64,000 nt of DNA from an uncultured Planctomycetota bacterium (GTDB lineage Bacteria; Planctomycetota; Planctomycetia; Pirellulales; Lacipirellulaceae), in contig CAVRBU010000002.1 in NCBI GenBank assembly GCA_963719315.1, forward strand, positions 1,856,001 through 1,920,000, in the 5' to 3' direction. The notes beneath the pieces were generated by a model that was given only the letters and a program-made list of their open reading frames with translations, had not been told where the DNA came from and did no database searches. How positions within the stretch are numbered: the first letter of the stretch is position 1; each line of letters begins with the position of its first letter. Both the position numbers and the translations under genes were made by a program. Shown one piece after another: positions 58,582 through 64,000 of this stretch.

Positions 58582-59310
58582 CTACTTAGATTTGTTGGCC
58601 GTCTGGCGATCGCTCGCCCGTTGCTGCCGAAGTTTGTCGAACTGCTGGAAAATCGAGCCCAGCACTGGATTTTCTCGTGGGATTGCGTGAGCGTTCCCGC
58701 CCGCCGTTTGTTGCAAAGGACCCTTCGTCGCGGCCTGGGCTTGCCCCGTGACCGCCGACTGCTCCGCCGTCGGCGCTTCGCATTCCCCCACCACTGGAGT
58801 TTCCACCTGACGTTGGAGAAGCTCGTCGGTGCGGTTCAGCAAACTCGCGGTGAGTTCGCTGATCTTGTCCCGAGCAGCATTCAACTCAGCCGTCAACGTG
58901 GCCGAAGCCTCGGATTGGCCACTTTCGACAGCCGCCCGGTCGCGCTCCCATTGGTTGCGCTCCGAACGGAGTTCGTCTCGCTCTTGCTCAATTGCTCCGC
59001 GGCCGGCCCGTAATTCGTTCCACGCCAACTCCAATTGCTCCTTCGACGCTTGAATCTCTCCTCGCTCGCGTTGAAACTGTTCGACCATCGACTGCGCGTC
59101 GCCGTGACCGTTTTCGAACTGCTCCTTGGCGGAGCGCAATTCCTCGCGCTCCCGGGCCAGTTGCTGTTGCCATTCGTCGAGGTGCGATTGATACGCAGTA
59201 AGCGCCGTCAGCGACTCGCTGAGTTGAGAGTCAATAACGTCGCGTTCCGCATTCCACGCTCGAAACGTGTCGCGTAGCGCTTGACCAGTCGTGGTAAGAG
59301 TTGCCGACAT
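58582..59310 (-). CDS. Coiled-coil protein
   Basis: E/Q/R/L heptad pattern; C-terminal NPVLGSIFQQFDKLRQQRA; stop 7 nt before the next start. Confidence 0.8.
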   Translation of the reverse strand: MSATLTTTGQALRDTFRAWNAERDVIDSQLSESLTALTAYQSHLDEWQQQLAREREELRSAKEQFENGHGDAQSMVEQFQRERGEIQASKEQLELAWNELRAGRGAIEQERDELRSERNQWERDRAAVESGQSEASATLTAELNAARDKISELTASLLNRTDELLQRQVETPVVGECEAPTAEQSAVTGQAQAATKGPLQQTAGGNAHAIPRENPVLGSIFQQFDKLRQQRASDRQTANKSK

Positions 59311-59602
59311 AGCCGTAGAGTGCACGCGGAGAGCGGCAGTCGCCGCCGCGCGAACCCATTCGTCTTCTGCCCGTCAGAAAAGTGAGATGAAAAGCTTGGG
59401 ACGAGTGTGGTCCGCCAGCCGTGCCGGCGAAGCGCACCCGCCATTGAAAAGGTAGGTCAGGTTTCGCTAGGTCGCAAATCTTCGGCGGGAGAGAGCCGGC
59501 AGCCCGACTACGATCCACACAATCGTTACGCGCGGAGCAAGGGAATGAACGAATTCGCCAAAGCTTTCGACCCCGTCCCCCGCACCCCTTCCGCTCGCTC
59601 TC

Positions 59603-60997
<1,395 letters not shown>

Positions 60998-61143
60998 AGT
61001 GGTAGCCTATGAATTTCGTCCCAGTGCGCCTACGCGGCGTTCTCTGGCCCCGCTATCCAGCGCATTTTTGCGCCAGGACGCGTTCTTGGTATGCTATCCC
61101 AAGAGAAGCTTTAAGTTTTGCGGGGAGGCTCGGCGTGGCAAAG

Positions 61144-61602
61144 ATGACAATTAATCATCGCCATTTTAGTCTCAGGACACTGCTCTCTGTGATGACCGGT
61201 TTCTCGTTCATCGGTCTGGTCGTGCAGTGGTTTATTTCGAGCGGTGCTGGCGATCGGCCATTGAATTTGTCTTTGTCTGTTATTCCCTGGGCCCTCGGTT
61301 CCTTCACTGGTATTGCTATCGCGGCCCGTCGTCACCGAAGCACGCTCTTTGGCGCTATGGTTGGCGGAACGCTCGGTGCGCTCATCTGCCCTGGTCTGAT
61401 TATCGTGTTTCTCTATCTCAACGGGATGAACGGCGTGCGTAGCTTGAACGGATTATGGTTGCAATTAGCGTTTGCTGCCTGTGGCGGCGGTTTGCTCGCG
61501 GCATTTGTCGGAATACCAAGGGAAGGCATAACCATTCGGCGGAACAGAGGCAACATCGAACTATTGGAAGGCAGGCCGCCAAAACAGCGGTATTCTAATT
61601 AA
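61144..61602 (+). CDS. Hypothetical membrane protein with N-terminal FSLRTLL motif
   Basis: HFSLRTLLSVMT followed by four TM segments. Confidence 0.7.
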   Translation: MTINHRHFSLRTLLSVMTGFSFIGLVVQWFISSGAGDRPLNLSLSVIPWALGSFTGIAIAARRHRSTLFGAMVGGTLGALICPGLIIVFLYLNGMNGVRSLNGLWLQLAFAACGGGLLAAFVGIPREGITIRRNRGNIELLEGRPPKQRYSN

Positions 61603-61668
61603 GACGCTTTTCAGCACTTGCCGAAACGCCCCCATTTGCGGCACAATAATGGATTCCCCTGCCCGTAG

Positions 61669-61746
61669 GTAGGTCCGCCGAGCCGAGGCGGACAATTGAA
61701 TACATCGCTAGCGCGTGGGGAGTGCCACTCGGCTCGCGGCACCCAC
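61669..61746. repeat. GTAG-type REP doublet upstream of rpsP
   Basis: GTAGGTCCGCCGAGCCGAGGCGGAC...GTGCCACTCGGCTCGCGGCACCCAC. Confidence 0.65.
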
Positions 61747-61758
61747 TTGGAGTAACTT

Positions 61759-62214
61759 GTGGCAGTCTGTATTCGAATGAAAAAAATGGGCCGGGCCCAT
61801 CAAGCGTTTTTCCGCATTTGTGCGGTTGACAAGCGTGCGCCGCGGGATGGTCGCGTGTTGGAAGAGTTGGGCACGTACGACCCGCGAGTGCCGGAAACCG
61901 ATGCCCGCGCGATCCTCAAATCGGAGCGCGTCGATTATTGGTTGGGCGTCGGAGCCCTGCCATCCGACAACGTCGCCGTATTGATCAAGAAGTACGGCAC
62001 GAACGGCACCCATGCCGCCGCGCAAAAGTCGGCCCTCGAGAAGCTCGCGCAGCCGAAACGCGTGCCCGATGCGGGCGTGCCAGCCAGCTTGCCCAAGCCA
62101 AAGAAGACCAAGCAGGAGATTGCTGCTGAAGCTGCGGCCGCCGCGGAGGCTGCCGAACCAAAGACAGAAGAAGCGCCGGCCGAAGTTGTCGAAGCAACCC
62201 CGGCGGAAGCATGA
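61759..62214 (+). CDS. rpsP: 30S ribosomal protein S16 with C-terminal extension
   Basis: IRMKKMGR...FRI...DKRAPRDG...EELGTYDP. Confidence 0.97.
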   Translation: MAVCIRMKKMGRAHQAFFRICAVDKRAPRDGRVLEELGTYDPRVPETDARAILKSERVDYWLGVGALPSDNVAVLIKKYGTNGTHAAAQKSALEKLAQPKRVPDAGVPASLPKPKKTKQEIAAEAAAAAEAAEPKTEEAPAEVVEATPAEA

Positions 62215-62224
62215 TGATCGAATG

Positions 62225-62287
62225 GTAGCTGAATTTCGCAAGAATTCAGTTGCCCAAACTGACCTGAACTCTTGCGAGTTCAGCTAC
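62225..62287. repeat. GTAG-type REP doublet between rpsP and trmD
   Basis: GTAGCTGAATTTCGCAAGAATTCAG...CTGAACTCTTGCGAGTTCAGCTAC. Confidence 0.8.
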
Positions 62288-62288
62288 G

Positions 62289-63002
62289 ATGCGATTCGAC
62301 GTTCTGACCCTGTTCCCGGAAATGTTTTCCGGCTATTTAGGGCAGAGCTTGCTCAAACGAGCGGTGGACGCCGGCATCGTCGATGTGCAGGTGCACAACA
62401 TTCGCGATTGGGCACAGGGGAAACATCGGCAGGTCGACGACCGTCCATTCGGCGGCGGGCCAGGTATGGTCCTACGGCCGGAACCGGTCGTCGAAAGCGT
62501 AGAGGCTGTGCGAGGGCAGGGGAGCGAGCCGGGCCATTTGGTCCTGCTCACGCCGCAAGGCCGGCGACTCGACCAGCGAATTGCCGAGGAGTTGGCCAGC
62601 CACAAGCGGATGGTAATGATTTGCGGTAGGTACGAAGGCATCGATCAGCGGGCCATCGACCTGCTGCAACCGGACGAAATTTCGATCGGCGACTATATTT
62701 TGGGCGGCGGCGAAGTCGCCGCGATGGTGGTGGTGGATGCGGTCGTCCGGCTCGTGCCGGGAGTGTTGGGAGACGAGGAGAGCAACAAACAAGATTCATT
62801 TTCTGGCAACCCACCGCTGCTGGAGTTCCCCCAATACACGCGGCCCCGCGAATACAGAGGATTAACCGTGCCCGAAGTGCTGATGTCCGGCAATCACCCG
62901 GACATCGCCCGTTGGCGCGAACAACAAAAACAAGACCGAACTCGCGAACGCCGCGCGGATCTGCTGGGAGATGACGCGGCCGAGCGAAGATCGGACGTGT
63001 AA
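62289..63002 (+). CDS. trmD: tRNA (guanine-N1)-methyltransferase
   Basis: LTLFPEM, VDDRPFGGGPGM, CGRYEG, SIGDY and PQYTRP motifs. Confidence 0.98.
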   Translation: MRFDVLTLFPEMFSGYLGQSLLKRAVDAGIVDVQVHNIRDWAQGKHRQVDDRPFGGGPGMVLRPEPVVESVEAVRGQGSEPGHLVLLTPQGRRLDQRIAEELASHKRMVMICGRYEGIDQRAIDLLQPDEISIGDYILGGGEVAAMVVVDAVVRLVPGVLGDEESNKQDSFSGNPPLLEFPQYTRPREYRGLTVPEVLMSGNHPDIARWREQQKQDRTRERRADLLGDDAAERRSDV

Positions 63003-63032
63003 ATCAGCCAAATCGCAATAAGGAAATAATCT

Positions 63033-63398
63033 ATGAGCCAACAAATCCTCGACATGGTCGAAAAGTCGAGTCTCAAATCGGAAGTCCCGCAGTTCGCCGT
63101 CGGCGACACGGTCGATGTCCATACGAAGATTTTGGAAGGCGACAAAGAGCGCATCCAGATTTTCACGGGCGTCGTGATCGCCCGCAGCGGCTCGGGCAGC
63201 CGCGAGATGTTCACCGTTCGCCGAATCGTGGCGAATGAAGGCGTTGAGCGCAAGTTTCCGCTGCACTCGCCCAAGATCGAAAAGGTCGAAGTAGTTCGTA
63301 GCGGCGTGGTGCGCCGCGCGAAGTTGTACTTCCTCCGCGATCGTGTGGGTAAGGCAGTGCGACTCAAAGAACGCCGTCGCGATGGTAAGAGTGAGTGA
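63033..63398 (+). CDS. rplS: 50S ribosomal protein L19
   Basis: GDTVDVH...KERIQ...GVER.FPLHSP...RRAKLYFLR. Confidence 0.98.
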   Translation: MSQQILDMVEKSSLKSEVPQFAVGDTVDVHTKILEGDKERIQIFTGVVIARSGSGSREMFTVRRIVANEGVERKFPLHSPKIEKVEVVRSGVVRRAKLYFLRDRVGKAVRLKERRRDGKSE

Positions 63399-63553
63399 TT
63401 CAACAGAAGTCAACAGAGATATCAGAGGCGATAGAAAACTGAACTTTGACGTCGGCTCTCAGCAAAGCGAGAGTGCTCGCAGCGATTGCATCAATATTCC
63501 CTGAGAACTCTCCGTTTCCTCTGTTCTCTCCTGTTCACATTTCCTCCTGTTCA
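63399..63553. repeat. Purine/pyrimidine-armed tandem-repeat element (ACAGAG / CTCTGT units)
   Basis: AACAGAAGTCAACAGAGATATCAGAG...CTCCGTTTCCTCTGTTCTCTCCTGTT. Confidence 0.6.
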
Positions 63554-63556
63554 AAA

Positions 63557-63988
63557 ATGTTTTGGGCGTCGCAATTGCGTGCTTGGCTTACTGAGCGCCT
63601 AACTAAGAAGAACTCGCTCGGCGATCGTGGCGAAGACGCGGCTGCACGTTATCTAAAGCGTGGCGGATTTCGCATCGTGGAGCGCGGCCACGACTCGCCG
63701 TTGGGCGAACTCGATATTATCGCGCTCGACGGCCGCACGGTCGTGTTCGTTGAGGTAAAAACGCGCTCGTCCTCAGACGCCGGTCACCCGACCGAAGCCA
63801 TTGACTCCTTCAAACAGCGTCGCATGACACAGGCCGCCCTGGCCTATCTTAAGTCGAAGCGCCTGCTGAACAACGCAGCCCGATTCGACGTCGTCGCCGT
63901 CACTTGGCCGGAAAATTCCCGCCGCCCGCACGTCGAGCATTATAGGAACGCCTTCGCGCCTACCGGCGCAGGCCAGTTCTTCAGCTAA
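63557..63988 (+). CDS. yraN: YraN / UPF0102 family protein
   Basis: LGDRGEDAAARYL, GELDII, VFVEVKTR and RFDVVA motifs. Confidence 0.93.
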   Translation: MFWASQLRAWLTERLTKKNSLGDRGEDAAARYLKRGGFRIVERGHDSPLGELDIIALDGRTVVFVEVKTRSSSDAGHPTEAIDSFKQRRMTQAALAYLKSKRLLNNAARFDVVAVTWPENSRRPHVEHYRNAFAPTGAGQFFS

Positions 63989-64000
63989 TCGCGGGGGATG

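Overview
A 64-kb, high-GC chromosomal window that looks planctomycete, probably Pirellulales/Lacipirellula-like. This is inferred from a YTV-type Cys-rich repeat protein, PEP-CTERM proteins (one with a GDYNxxGxVDAADY motif), FSLRTLL-motif membrane proteins, a CsrA-receiver fusion and a FlgI-HEAT gene next to smc. Housekeeping genes: ppdK, lpxA, hisE/hisG, miaA, moaC, ppk1, rnpA, yidD, smc, ffh, lhgO, carA, asnS, rpsP-trmD-rplS-yraN, plus hydrolases and two toxin-antitoxin modules (one decayed). The best candidate for an uncharacterised system is a four-gene minus-strand operon at 55.8-59.3 kb: coiled-coil protein, membrane-anchored FGE-fold protein without the catalytic Cys pair, Zn-ribbon TRAFAC-type GTPase, and a small helical protein. 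The non-coding DNA is rich in small palindromic elements. These include an HUH/Y1 (IS200/RAYT-like) transposase in a repeat cluster with a nested second repeat family, several REP doublet families, and heptamer-repeat hairpins; three elements lie in frame inside genes (carA, smc, TIGR03032). There is also an unnamed ~110-bp dispersed element in two copies and a possible integron-cassette remnant. Several genes carry single-base frameshifts, often in homopolymers, which are more likely assembly errors than true pseudogenes. No rRNA, tRNA or CRISPR array was recognised. All calls are by eye, with no database searches.
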